Sequence record: NC_031126.1
DNA length: 64,000 nt
Direction: 5' to 3' (one strand)
Shown: positions 26,501 through 36,519 of the stretch, one piece after another
Layout: every line of letters starts with the position of its first letter
Numbering within the stretch: position 1 is the first letter of the stretch
Notes under the pieces: generated by a model
The model's input: the letters and a program-made list of their open reading frames with translations, nothing else
Told to the model about the DNA's origin: nothing
Databases searched by the model: none
Made by a program: the position numbers and the translations under genes

Positions 26501-28577
26501 CACGCGTCGCACCATCAATATTTTCCTGTGGCGGCGTGAACACCGAGACGGCCGTATGTTTAGCGTGATTGAGCGTACCGTTAAACAATATCAAATACTG
26601 TCTGCCGTCGGAGCCGAGAGCAACCATTCCGTCGTCACCCGGCAGGAGAATCTTCACGAGTCTCACACCCGGAGCCAGCGTCGCTAACCCTACCGGTTTA
26701 TACGTCACCGAGGTCTGTTGGCGGTTGTTCAAAGCACCACCATCCGTCATCTCCGCGTAAGCGTAATAGATGTTATCCGTTCCAGGAATCCCATCCGTGG
26801 CGTTACGCAGCACGTATAATGTACCGGCCTCTTTCCGCACCACACCCAGACGTCCATCACCGTCAAGACACTTTTGATAACCCGCGAAGTTACCTACGGT
26901 GGGTATCGGTAAGAAACCTGGGTTACCGAACTGTGAACCGGCCGTTGTCCATGCAGGCAGTAATTCATTCACAACACCTTTAACAGTGTTGATTTTCTGC
27001 TGAACGTTATAGCCTTGCTTCGATGTCGCCACCTTATTAGTTGTGGCATCAATAGCATCCCATAGTTGTACCAGACCCGCTACGGTATCAGACGCGGTAG
27101 GTACACCTGTCAAGTCCGCAAAGGTGTGGGTGTGGTCGCTCAGCGCTTTGGTGTTCAATACCGCACGGATAGCGGTGGTCACCGGCTTCTCATTCGGGGT
27201 GGTGTTCTCCACGTTCCCCAGACCTAAGTCAGAAGCTAACAGGGTCAGTTCCTGGTTCCCGGTACTTGGGTTAGTAACAAAGCCTTTGTTGTTGACTTTG
27301 TACGTGGCGTCCACGTAGTTATCCAGCGTGGTTTTCAGCGCAGTAACTGCTGCCTGGGAGATGGCCGCACCCGCAGAGATGTTAGCCGATACAGACGTCA
27401 CCAATAGCAGACCTGGTGTTGTTGTGGTTGCCGTTGGTACTACAGCCGTCATGTTAACCGGAGAGTAGTCTTTCGCACTACCATAAATCTTCACGCTGTC
27501 CGTGGACGAGAAGTAAGCATTGGCAGGTAACAACTTCACCGCAGATAGGTATAAAGAAACCATGTCTGGGGTAATCAAATACGCACCATTGAAGATAGGA
27601 GCCTTTGCGCCGGAGAGAGCATACATGGCGTTCAAGCCAGAAGTAACTTCTATCCCAATACCCGGTTCGTTCTTATCCGCATCTGCCGTAATAGTAATCG
27701 GCTTGGTGGTCGTGATAAGGAACTTGTCACCCTGCAACGTAATAACGTGACTGGAATCCGAAGTACGGAACGTCAACGCGCCGTTGCTCAGCACTTTCAA
27801 ACGGCCACGCAGTTCACCCAACACCACCGGCATCAGTGTATCGATATGGGTTTGTTGGATACCGTTACGTTTCATCAGGTCGACCAATTCATCAATGGTC
27901 TTACCGAATGCTTTGGTGGCATCCACAGCTTTGGTCAGTACCTTTAAGGCCCCCACTTCTTCTGCTGTGTATTGGTGAGCATTCTTCACCATGTGGTGCT
28001 GATACATGTTGTCGTCGAAGATTTTCTTGCCGTTGGCGAAGATAAGTTCGGTGACTTCAGTGTATGCATCATCCAACTCGCTGGCACGTTCGAGAATCCC
28101 TTTGCGGATGTCGTCAAGTGCCTTTACCACGTCATCACGAAGGATGGCTTCTTCTAAACTGGTCGGTGGGTCAATAGGAGCCACCACTGGTGCATAACGC
28201 ATCAGCTCAGACCAGTCGACGTTACGTGGGTCTTTCATGTCCGGTTTAACCAGGAACTTCCCGATTTCGGACTGCGGTACGCGATATTCACGACCGACGG
28301 AATAGATGGTGTAATTACACGACGTTTCGGTAATCAGCATGATGCCGCCGAAGACCTGGTCTTTCAGGGCTTCCGCAGCTTCTTTGAAATAGTAGCAAAG
28401 GTAGTAATCCAACCCCTCCGTCAATGGACGTGGGTTAGTGCCAGTGCTAGTCAGTTGTAAACCGGTGCGGTAGAACGGCCCCTCGGGCGGCACAACCGTA
28501 TTGTACCGGTTTGGGTACGTCTCTAGCTTTAGCGTCCCACTGAACGGGGCTGGGGCTGTCGTCGACATGAATAACAC
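23550..28577 (-). CDS. Long tail fibre protein 1 (1675 aa)
   Basis: Probable start ATG 28568. Shared N-terminal P..GPFY/G.DY/DW module, LGLGNVENT..KPV and HTH fibre repeats, large variable central domain. Confidence 0.85.
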   Translation of the reverse strand: MLFMSTTAPAPFSGTLKLETYPNRYNTVVPPEGPFYRTGLQLTSTGTNPRPLTEGLDYYLCYYFKEAAEALKDQVFGGIMLITETSCNYTIYSVGREYRVPQSEIGKFLVKPDMKDPRNVDWSELMRYAPVVAPIDPPTSLEEAILRDDVVKALDDIRKGILERASELDDAYTEVTELIFANGKKIFDDNMYQHHMVKNAHQYTAEEVGALKVLTKAVDATKAFGKTIDELVDLMKRNGIQQTHIDTLMPVVLGELRGRLKVLSNGALTFRTSDSSHVITLQGDKFLITTTKPITITADADKNEPGIGIEVTSGLNAMYALSGAKAPIFNGAYLITPDMVSLYLSAVKLLPANAYFSSTDSVKIYGSAKDYSPVNMTAVVPTATTTTPGLLLVTSVSANISAGAAISQAAVTALKTTLDNYVDATYKVNNKGFVTNPSTGNQELTLLASDLGLGNVENTTPNEKPVTTAIRAVLNTKALSDHTHTFADLTGVPTASDTVAGLVQLWDAIDATTNKVATSKQGYNVQQKINTVKGVVNELLPAWTTAGSQFGNPGFLPIPTVGNFAGYQKCLDGDGRLGVVRKEAGTLYVLRNATDGIPGTDNIYYAYAEMTDGGALNNRQQTSVTYKPVGLATLAPGVRLVKILLPGDDGMVALGSDGRQYLILFNGTLNHAKHTAVSVFTPPQENIDGATRALVMDALTMQLVVYKDKVYLIKALLDNTRYCVAVWSGKPNEVFTNFPLTGGVGTNGDYTLLKATLTDRINQRDGTHYFTQAGWDFWTDGKNVQHGPHANRAGVVKNTQFRMGFCVSVWLANASGGQGFKRWPTSFTFDFESKAIAIDNPEIFPMVVDETGITFANGVKINDYNQDVKWPNGTANNRTYVSFNGDNLTVFWDTPETTSVAGCSTSKLPNGLDAFDFLSGKSKPGAPGVASWSFDQGRGSLYEMSMSSPVFVGSNSYLMSPVQANRAILVECDPNTRYDPAYGGFGPTNNRTAFDWNTYLKLTTMPYVCTAAINDGTLNGCYWDAAGSQNYQAVGSTPTSDTLNISSTEWNKLIGIVKSSPGSGAGNGFAFERINAADKLLISLFTFRPKASNAVWMVQAACMAVRNGKTLIDYYLFRVTPTVSATGDVSFPVSTVTRIWSTNDLDYTTTNISLTDFSGRGRRYGQSILCEGTDKKGILYIPNVLTVNQVGNTGALNLEIVYDASTSFVATVAHLRMHRTNYDPSYMVPLKDKLCLTSLNAIGPAFCAGSSASLAEWMASGMYVPSGAPVEILAGVKTAEGWNFYMTETTSWRIGAKYYSAAPYSVDLKSAFPGNYQNRIFYVHVALVNNVPQYQLLDTRQADTDNRLYLGTITTDSSRIIDTQLEKVKRMGGLKQMLEHAGTEYRHDVDRRTDQALSPIGLLRKEMLMQPATTPAYLDARYSNSVISPQKRSERRATIIKTPKVWAIGEPGNEAAKFFPKASGALATAAENSAAAAKGLMWTGINLGTIPENTYWWMRPLVTPTKSQIKVYIYLQAATSGDTTFQTNGVPIVVSPGNANSATFTVTPGQRMVVDMQSMIVPAMSLVLGSKWCAYAIYDFDGTTETLLASSGVDTPLSYSSVNAKIPNCVIDAETITLPTTTKNFWPVVSAGNCSCSPPVIVAEDATSMIVATKWVGLNGLETATDIAVNLMPRL

Positions 28578-28587
28578 TCCTGCTTTT

Positions 28588-28622
28588 AAATAAAAACGGA
28601 TACCGCCCCCGAAAGGGCGGTA
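28588..28622 (-). terminator. Intrinsic terminator
   Basis: Stem TACCGCCC/GGGCGGTA followed on the minus strand by CCGTTTTTATTT. Confidence 0.7.
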
Positions 28623-28657
28623 GCTTGCGGACTAAGCACGCCCGCAAGCGTGCCGTC

Positions 28658-31600
28658 CTATACCCAACCGCCGAAACCTGTGCCGTCTGCTTGACGTTCA
28701 GCATCCATACGGTCTAACAACCACTCCCACATCTTTTCTGTCATGTGATACGGATTGCGCCTTACCATCATGTACCGCTTCCCAGTAGAGAACAACTCAA
28801 GTGGACTTGCCTGGGTAAACGTTTCCAAGACATTGCCGGATACATCATAGGTGGTTAACGTGAAGGCAAGCTTCAACGGAACACCCATGCTACCTGGGGC
28901 AGTGAACTCCAGGAAAATTGTACTCCCGCCGACGAAGCGGTCACTGTACGGCATGATTTCTACCGAACGTGGGGTGGTGTCGTTTGTGGTCTTCGTCCAG
29001 GTCTTAGTAGAAAGACCAGAAGAGTCATACCACAAATTCCCGTCGTACGAAGAACTGATACTTAACACCGCACGATAGGGAATAGAGTCCGGGGCGAGTT
29101 TAATCGCTGCGGTAATATTCGCTATATGTGACGGCGCTCCGTTATCAGCCCACGCACCAAACCACTTCATCCCGGAGGCCAATTTCAGAGGCGAACCTTG
29201 TCTCTGACGTCCTGCCCAGAATGGTGTTGGTAAGAACCCGTCGTGTGACCGCCCTACCGTACCGCTGTCTCCCGGTAAAGAGACCCACTCCGTCGACAAC
29301 AGATTCTCCGCTTGTAACGAAGTCGTTGTATTAAAAGTGGTATTGTTGTTCGATGCAGTAGCCAGAAGATTCTGGGCATCCGCATACGACTCAAACAACG
29401 AACGATAATAGTGGTATTTGGAATCATCGAACCCGGCGGACGACATATCCATCAGCGTCGGCAGACCTGCATAAACCTCGGCTGTCCCTGTGGAAGTCGG
29501 ACGATTAAAACCAACAAACCCAGAAAGATAATGTTGGAAGTCAATGTCAAACTTCACTTCTACTTCGGTAAGTCGAATAGTTTCTTCGGCACCGGTATAG
29601 AACAGTTGGAAGACACGCAAGATACGTGTGGTGCAATCATAGCGGTAACGGATAGCCCAACGTGGAAGTTGCTTTACCAACGAATCCATATCGAGTGCCG
29701 CCTTGGCTGTGATATTCTCACTACGCAATACCGTCACGGTACACGGCGCATCAACCAACTGATATTCGGGTAACGTTGTCCGAGCGGCCGCGGTTGCGGT
29801 GAGCGTCTTAGCGAAACCAATCTTCGGTTTACCGCCTCCAACACTCCACTTCATGAAACGGTTACGACGATATACCGGGTCAGCATCCGCACCATCCAAA
29901 ACACCACCGAACACTAACTCAAAACCAGGATGTTCAGTATGCGTTGTGCGGTACAGACTGCTTGCCGCAACAATGAATCCACCTTCGATGGTAGTGTGTC
30001 CATCTGCTTTCGGGTTGAACGGGGTTGTCCAGCGCAAAGGCGTTTGGTTTTTCACTTCCCACAGGCAGAGTAACTCACCGGGGGCAGCAGCGGCTTGAAC
30101 ATTAATCATGGTCTTGTCGTTGCTGTTAATCTTCGCCGTCGGGCCGTATACAGCTAACCCCAGTTCGAAGATAGTCTTACCCATCGGAAGCATTGCCGCA
30201 TTGTCAGATAACCGCCAATCTGCCCTTGTAGCTTTGTGGGCATCCGTACGATCAGCGTGGTCAGAGATTTCTTTCGCCATCCCGAAGTCGAACGTTTTCG
30301 GGAAGGTAACAGACGCGACGGTAAGTCCACCAACCGGTAAGTCGACATAACCAATCAGGGCGTGCTCGATATCGATGTCTTGCGATTCGACAGGTTCTGC
30401 ACGGCCGTAGATAGAGCCCGTAACCATATTCAGATAGAGATAATGACGTAACCCATCAGGTTGAGTCACAAACTCCTGTAACAAGGCAACAGGCTTACCC
30501 ACGTCTGACCGGGCGAGTGGTGCTTTACCATCCCAAATCTCGTACATTAACGCAGCGGGCTTAGCCGTATCTGTACAGTCTGCACGAATGGCAACAGTGT
30601 GCGCCGTACCCTCGTCGTTCTCAAAGGGGACGGTAACGTACGCTGGCGAGTTAGCAGAGATTTTCTCTACCCCATCAACATACACTGTAATCTTACCTCC
30701 GGCAGCGACATAAATGTCTAGCTTTCCGGTAAGCGTTACCACACGTTCTTTTGCCAAAACGGATACCACAGACAGATTACCCATCTGTCCCGCAGTGACG
30801 CCCATCGGAACAGCCAGTAAAGGTAACGCTGGTTGGTTTGAAATGCCCGTCCAGTCCAGAGTACCGTTTTGCACAGAAGATGCCCAGGTACGTTCCATGG
30901 CGTTGTACGGACTAAACCATTGGAACATCGGTGTGGTCTGTAAATCGATTGTCCCACTGACTACACCCGACTTCTTTTCGCCTTGCGACAAGTAGAAGTA
31001 TTCCAAATCCTGTACGGTCAAGCCACGTTTAGTCGCAGCAACTGTCCAGGTCGACGCATTCACCGCTGAGAAATCTGTGGCAGCGCCAGGCTTCACATCT
31101 TGTACAGCCGCCGCGATAATATCCAATCGGTCACTCAGGGCTTTCAGGAGGTTAGGTGCCACCCCCTTCTGTGCCGCTAATCCGTCCTCGAGGGACGTGT
31201 AGCGCGCAATACCTTTCTGGCTGCTCGATGCTAAAGGCAACAGCAAATCATCCCAGGCGTGCTTGTGTCCCTTGATAGACAGTTCATCAAGGTCGACTTG
31301 CTGCTCTTGGGAAATTGGCTTGTTCATATCGGCAGTGTTATCAACATTCCCCAGACCGATATCCGCTTTCACTAAGGTGCGTGAACCTGTGTCCATTGCT
31401 CCTGAGTTAATCATGGTGGTCTTCGGTACATAACCGCTGGCCTTACCTTCATACGGTGTCAATGACCCCGGTGTAGCCGCCATGTTGGTTTCTGTGCCTG
31501 GTCCCGCTTTCAACTTCGCAATCCCTTTTACGGTAGTGCTCGCAGAAGGTGGAGTAAGTGTACCTTTAACCGGGTCAAGGCGTGACCCCTTCCCGGTAAA

Positions 31601-32749
31601 CGACACCCCATTACGACCTTGAATCCACAGCTTATTATCGTCAGGGTCAGTGCTACCACCCTCACTTCCGTCGCTCTGATATTCAAGCAACAGGTTCGTG
31701 GTGAGCAACACTTTTCCGTTCAACGTTAGCTTATCCATCCCCAGGCCGGTTCCAGACGACTCAATACGCAGGGTGTTCACCCCCGACTTCCATTCCATGT
31801 AGCGAATGGTTGTCTCTTCTGGGTTATAACCCGCGGACAGAATCACCGAACCGTTAGTCTTGATCGTAAAGGAAGTGTCTGTGAACGTAATCTCAGACGT
31901 GCCCGATTTCGATTTGAACAGAGAGCGGTTAGCGGCCAGTTGTTGGACAAATACACCATCGACATCTTTACATGCCCACTTTTCGATGTACATGTCGATA
32001 TCGCTTTGCTGGAGCCCCAGGGCACGTATTTCAGCAGTCAGGGTACGTAAGGTCTTCCCGTAGGCTAAAAACGTGTCAGGGGCTTTCAGGTTCGCAGGAT
32101 GGGCACCCGTTTGTGCTATCGTAATATCGTGTGCTTTATGGGTAGCGATATGCGCTGGGTAGTTAAAAGCGGTAATCTCGCCCTGTAAACCCTCGACTGT
32201 CACTTTCAACGCGTCGAGTTTATCACGAATCGCTTGGTTTGCCGTCCCTGCATCTAATTCTACATCGCGTACCGCAGAAGCCAGATATTTCTTGTTCAGC
32301 AAATCAGCCCAACTGGTTGCTGCCGGTTTAGGCGGATACAACGTCGGACGTTTATCGAGTTTCAACCAATCCACATCTACCGGGTTGTTCAGATGTTTCA
32401 CCAGGTAGTCGAGAATATCGACAAATGGCGAGTAGAACGTATCACCCAGGGTCTGTCCGGCAAAGCGCAGCGCACCCCCGATATCCGGGTTAATCAACTG
32501 CACCCCACAAAACACCGGGGAAGCCACCGAGTCCTCCAGCTCAGGAAGCTGGTAAGCCAGTTGGTAATCTTTCCCCAGTGTCAGTGGCGAGGTGCTACCC
32601 GCCACGGTGACGACCAGATTGAAGCCAAAGAAAGGTCGGTGGTCTAAAATGATAACCCGGTCTTCTGGTTTATCACCTTCTACAATCCGGTCTTCCAGGA
32701 AGGCGTTCTCAGGATTGGTACCCTTCCAGTCGTAAGGATACGATTGCAT
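28658..32749 (-). CDS. Long tail fibre protein 2 (1363 aa)
   Basis: Paralogous N-terminus (RPFF, GKDY, DW....RP..YPP), IGLGNVDNTADMNKPIS, GHKH, AS..KG.A repeats. Confidence 0.85.
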   Translation of the reverse strand: MQSYPYDWKGTNPENAFLEDRIVEGDKPEDRVIILDHRPFFGFNLVVTVAGSTSPLTLGKDYQLAYQLPELEDSVASPVFCGVQLINPDIGGALRFAGQTLGDTFYSPFVDILDYLVKHLNNPVDVDWLKLDKRPTLYPPKPAATSWADLLNKKYLASAVRDVELDAGTANQAIRDKLDALKVTVEGLQGEITAFNYPAHIATHKAHDITIAQTGAHPANLKAPDTFLAYGKTLRTLTAEIRALGLQQSDIDMYIEKWACKDVDGVFVQQLAANRSLFKSKSGTSEITFTDTSFTIKTNGSVILSAGYNPEETTIRYMEWKSGVNTLRIESSGTGLGMDKLTLNGKVLLTTNLLLEYQSDGSEGGSTDPDDNKLWIQGRNGVSFTGKGSRLDPVKGTLTPPSASTTVKGIAKLKAGPGTETNMAATPGSLTPYEGKASGYVPKTTMINSGAMDTGSRTLVKADIGLGNVDNTADMNKPISQEQQVDLDELSIKGHKHAWDDLLLPLASSSQKGIARYTSLEDGLAAQKGVAPNLLKALSDRLDIIAAAVQDVKPGAATDFSAVNASTWTVAATKRGLTVQDLEYFYLSQGEKKSGVVSGTIDLQTTPMFQWFSPYNAMERTWASSVQNGTLDWTGISNQPALPLLAVPMGVTAGQMGNLSVVSVLAKERVVTLTGKLDIYVAAGGKITVYVDGVEKISANSPAYVTVPFENDEGTAHTVAIRADCTDTAKPAALMYEIWDGKAPLARSDVGKPVALLQEFVTQPDGLRHYLYLNMVTGSIYGRAEPVESQDIDIEHALIGYVDLPVGGLTVASVTFPKTFDFGMAKEISDHADRTDAHKATRADWRLSDNAAMLPMGKTIFELGLAVYGPTAKINSNDKTMINVQAAAAPGELLCLWEVKNQTPLRWTTPFNPKADGHTTIEGGFIVAASSLYRTTHTEHPGFELVFGGVLDGADADPVYRRNRFMKWSVGGGKPKIGFAKTLTATAAARTTLPEYQLVDAPCTVTVLRSENITAKAALDMDSLVKQLPRWAIRYRYDCTTRILRVFQLFYTGAEETIRLTEVEVKFDIDFQHYLSGFVGFNRPTSTGTAEVYAGLPTLMDMSSAGFDDSKYHYYRSLFESYADAQNLLATASNNNTTFNTTTSLQAENLLSTEWVSLPGDSGTVGRSHDGFLPTPFWAGRQRQGSPLKLASGMKWFGAWADNGAPSHIANITAAIKLAPDSIPYRAVLSISSSYDGNLWYDSSGLSTKTWTKTTNDTTPRSVEIMPYSDRFVGGSTIFLEFTAPGSMGVPLKLAFTLTTYDVSGNVLETFTQASPLELFSTGKRYMMVRRNPYHMTEKMWEWLLDRMDAERQADGTGFGGWV

Positions 32750-32760
32750 TTATAGTCTCC

Positions 32761-35700
32761 TTAATCACGCACTACCACCGCGGTGTAATTAACACCATCG
32801 CTGTAGGTCGCTAAGCGGTCTTTATTCAGGTAATCAGGAACCCCGTCTGGTCGCTTCGCGGCCGTTGCCATATCCTTCGCAGCCGCAGCTGTACGAACAT
32901 CGGCATTCGATAGCTTGCTTGCAGAAGGTGCAGTGATAACACGGATACGGTTCATCTCTGAAAGCGTATGGATGTAATCGAACGCGGTGTCGTAACCTGG
33001 ACGTGGTGCAAAATTCCCCATGTCGTAGGTCAGTGCAACGGTTGCGTCCGAAGCCAATGTGCCGCCGATTCCATGATACACAGGCCAAGTAGGCACACTC
33101 ACCAGGGGAGAGATATCAACCTGGGCTGCGGTCAAGTACGGTGCCAAATCATACGCTTCCGTTACGGCTGCTGCGCCATACGTGCGCCAGAAGGTCACAC
33201 GTTTACCGACTAAGTCTACTGAGAAAGTAAACCCGAGTGGATTGACATTCACGCCGCCGGTAATCTGCAATGCGCCGCTCGCGTTGTGATCGAGATTGAA
33301 AGTAACGGATGCGGCCATATTCTGCCAATCGTTAGCCGTCGTGAACGAAGAGGCATTGATACCAATCAACACCTGGCGGTTAGTGCCGTAGTTGATCGCA
33401 AAGCCCAAATAACACAACGTCCCTTCGCTACCCGTGATGTTGTTAGTTCGCTGAATAAGCAGAGAGATTCGGTTACGTCGCTCTTTGCTATCTTTCCAGG
33501 AAGCCAATACAACTTCGAACACATTCGATGCAGTAACATCACTTGATGAGAACGCAGCAACAATGTTCCCCGATTTCTTAATCGGACACTGGTGAACCAG
33601 ATGACGGTGATTAGCAACACCCGTACCGGTCTTCTTCAACAACAGACTTGTCGAGCTTGGCCAGTCCACGTTTTCCATTGGTACGTAGTCTGGACCTTTA
33701 AGCATACGCCAGTCGCCGTCAAAACGTCGTGTTCCCGGTACTCCGTTGTTCCAAGTCGGACCATCGTTCGTAAATGTGTAACCGAACTGAGCCTGCGTCA
33801 TGGCGCGTGGAATATGGGCGCTTACGTCGGCGGCATGTTCTTCCAACTCACGGAAGTTGCCAAGGCGGGTGGTGTTACGGATGGACAAACCGGAGATTTG
33901 CGTTTCATCTGTGTAGATTTCACCAATGCGGGTTAACGTATCCGTTTCCGCAAAGTTGATACTATCTTTCAACACATACTGCGCAGTGTCGCCAACAATA
34001 TCCACATACACGCCAATCACGGTATCTTCATGATTCACCGGGAATAGTTCAGACAGGTTAAAGGTAGCGGTCGGGACAGCGTAGTCTTTCTTCACGAAAT
34101 AGTTATTCGGGTTCAGCACCACCATCCAACCGTTAAAACTGCCGCCATTCATCACCTCATTATTACCGGATGCGCCGAAACGCAAAATATCGATAATCGC
34201 TTCGGTATCAGAATTACCAACGGTAGCCTCTAACTTCTCAACCGTATCGTACTGAGTCGCCACGTACTGACCTTCTAACGCCAGCGTTGCATCATTAACC
34301 AAACCACCGAACTGCACCAAACCCGCTTTCGCGGTAGTGGCGTCGCCAATCCCGAATGCAGAAGCATCATGAGTGTGACCGTTCTTCGCGTACTTCGCCA
34401 TTTCCTGGCGCTGTAAGCTAGACGTTGGTAGTGACAAGTCAGCAATGTTCTCCACAGCATCCAGGTTGAAGCTGGTCTTATCCAGCGACACAGATGACAT
34501 CAGAGACAGGCCGTTGATATACGCCTTCGCTTGTTCCAGTTTACCGGTGAACTCATTCGCCAGTTTCTGAATCAGGGCCGGGGTAGCAGCCAACGATTCT
34601 GAATTGCCGAACTCAGTGGTCAGCATTCGCAGAGCTAAAGCAGCGTTGTCTGTGTCATCTGGGGCTACCCAGGTGAAGATAAACGGCATCGACTGAATAC
34701 CGCTACCACTCACAGTCATCGTGGCTGTTGGGGTGGCGTAGAAGATACCAGAACCCCCACCTTCGTTACCCGGTAAGTACGGGGCAACTGTAGTCGGGTC
34801 AAGAATCTTCTTACCGTTCCATTGCAGCTCACGCGCATCTGGATACAGCACCATTACGTTAGCACCCGCATTAAAGGTAATCGGTTGACTACCCGCACTA
34901 ATCGTTGAAGAGTCGCGTGCAATCAAACGCACAACCTTATCATCGACTTGCAGGTTGGTACCGACACCGGAGGCTTCGGTGTCTTTGGCAGACGTAATAG
35001 AAGAAAGACCCGGCAGCATCGTAAATGTGCCTGTGATGGTGCGAGGCGTTGCGCTCTTCCTGAGCATCTTATCGGAGAAGTCGGTGGCCTTAGCGCTACG
35101 TTGGTTAACGTAATCCGCCAACTGCGCTTGGGACTTACCGTAAGCCAATGTGGCGTCGTCAGCGATACCATTCAACTCAATAGCGCGCATACGTCCGTAA
35201 GACTGATCACCGTGTGGGTTATCTTTACGAAGAATATGCGCGTGTGCTGGAGATTCGCGATATAGTTTATCAACGAGACTGTGATATTTCTTCAGTAACG
35301 TTAATACATCAGAACCGTCGGGGATTTCAATTGTAGCGCCCGGCAAAGCAGAAAACTTGATACTATCTCCTACGCTGCTAATATGCCTAAACCGGAAATC
35401 GGTACCGCGGTCTAATGTTACGGCAATTCCTAACTGTATGAATCGTGCGGCGAATGCGGCAGGGGGGTTATTCATATCCATCAACGAGTGAAGTACAATC
35501 ACCCCGTCCTGCGTAATGGTTAACTCGACTGTTCTAGCCGACCGTTTACGATCTATAGTTACCGTAAATGGTTTCTTGAAGAAGTTAGCATCGACCGTCT
35601 TCGTGGCCCAAACAAACGACTCTTGTTTATCAAAGGAATCGTAAGTGATAAGAAAACGGAAGGTGTCGCCGTTTAATAACTCCAGCGTGGCATTACGAAA

Positions 35701-36453
35701 AGGGCTTCCCCAATATCCAATTATAGTCATCCACCAATACGGGGCGGTGGATGCAGACACATAACTCGGTAGGTTATACGTTGCCTGGAATTTAAAATCA
35801 GATAAGGCGTAATTACTGGAGGATAATATCGCATACTGATCGGAATTTACCTGATTGGTAATAAATCCAGCCGAATTATCATACGTGAATCTAGGCTCGA
35901 TAAAGTCGTTGGCGACCCTAACCGCAGTGTTGTTCGCCATCGGGTCGGGGATAGGCGGAAGTTCCGTTATCTTTTTACCGATTTCAACGATAGCCTGCAT
36001 TAACTCACGTTCACCTTTCCAGTTATCCCAGTCAAACTGAATATCTACTGGCGGGAAATAAACATCACCGATTACATCTTCCCATTGACAGTCACTTGGG
36101 AATTTATTGGCATTCGCTGCTCGCTCAGCATTGATCTGTGCGGTAGTTGCTTCCCCTTTGCCGACGTAATGGGCAGTGATTGTGAAGCTCGAGGTGTATT
36201 TCGGGTTTACAATCCAAATCATCCCGTGCACAGACCGTCCAGTGCGCAACGTTCCGGTCATGTATGGATGGGTGATAAGATAGTCACCGCCGAGCTTTAA
36301 AACGGTAGAGCCGCTCTTCACGACCAGAGAATGGGAGTAAAAAGGGCCGTTAGAAGGTACCAGCATTCGGTACTTGGTGCCGATAACCGCAACCGCTAAA
36401 TCGCGGATTAAGTTCCCCGCTATATTCTGATGCGGGTCAAATTCGACTGCCAT
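32761..36453 (-). CDS. Long tail fibre protein 3 (1230 aa)
   Basis: Paralogous N-terminus (P..GPFY, GGDY, WEDV), inserted beta-sandwich-like domain, VENIAD..LP.S, GHTH, AT..KAGLVQ repeats. Confidence 0.85.
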   Translation of the reverse strand: MAVEFDPHQNIAGNLIRDLAVAVIGTKYRMLVPSNGPFYSHSLVVKSGSTVLKLGGDYLITHPYMTGTLRTGRSVHGMIWIVNPKYTSSFTITAHYVGKGEATTAQINAERAANANKFPSDCQWEDVIGDVYFPPVDIQFDWDNWKGERELMQAIVEIGKKITELPPIPDPMANNTAVRVANDFIEPRFTYDNSAGFITNQVNSDQYAILSSSNYALSDFKFQATYNLPSYVSASTAPYWWMTIIGYWGSPFRNATLELLNGDTFRFLITYDSFDKQESFVWATKTVDANFFKKPFTVTIDRKRSARTVELTITQDGVIVLHSLMDMNNPPAAFAARFIQLGIAVTLDRGTDFRFRHISSVGDSIKFSALPGATIEIPDGSDVLTLLKKYHSLVDKLYRESPAHAHILRKDNPHGDQSYGRMRAIELNGIADDATLAYGKSQAQLADYVNQRSAKATDFSDKMLRKSATPRTITGTFTMLPGLSSITSAKDTEASGVGTNLQVDDKVVRLIARDSSTISAGSQPITFNAGANVMVLYPDARELQWNGKKILDPTTVAPYLPGNEGGGSGIFYATPTATMTVSGSGIQSMPFIFTWVAPDDTDNAALALRMLTTEFGNSESLAATPALIQKLANEFTGKLEQAKAYINGLSLMSSVSLDKTSFNLDAVENIADLSLPTSSLQRQEMAKYAKNGHTHDASAFGIGDATTAKAGLVQFGGLVNDATLALEGQYVATQYDTVEKLEATVGNSDTEAIIDILRFGASGNNEVMNGGSFNGWMVVLNPNNYFVKKDYAVPTATFNLSELFPVNHEDTVIGVYVDIVGDTAQYVLKDSINFAETDTLTRIGEIYTDETQISGLSIRNTTRLGNFRELEEHAADVSAHIPRAMTQAQFGYTFTNDGPTWNNGVPGTRRFDGDWRMLKGPDYVPMENVDWPSSTSLLLKKTGTGVANHRHLVHQCPIKKSGNIVAAFSSSDVTASNVFEVVLASWKDSKERRNRISLLIQRTNNITGSEGTLCYLGFAINYGTNRQVLIGINASSFTTANDWQNMAASVTFNLDHNASGALQITGGVNVNPLGFTFSVDLVGKRVTFWRTYGAAAVTEAYDLAPYLTAAQVDISPLVSVPTWPVYHGIGGTLASDATVALTYDMGNFAPRPGYDTAFDYIHTLSEMNRIRVITAPSASKLSNADVRTAAAAKDMATAAKRPDGVPDYLNKDRLATYSDGVNYTAVVVRD

Positions 36454-36519
36454 GTTATACTCCTTTTGTCTAAGGCCGTCACGTTCATACTATGACCTTC
36501 AACCTTAGAGGAACCGCTT

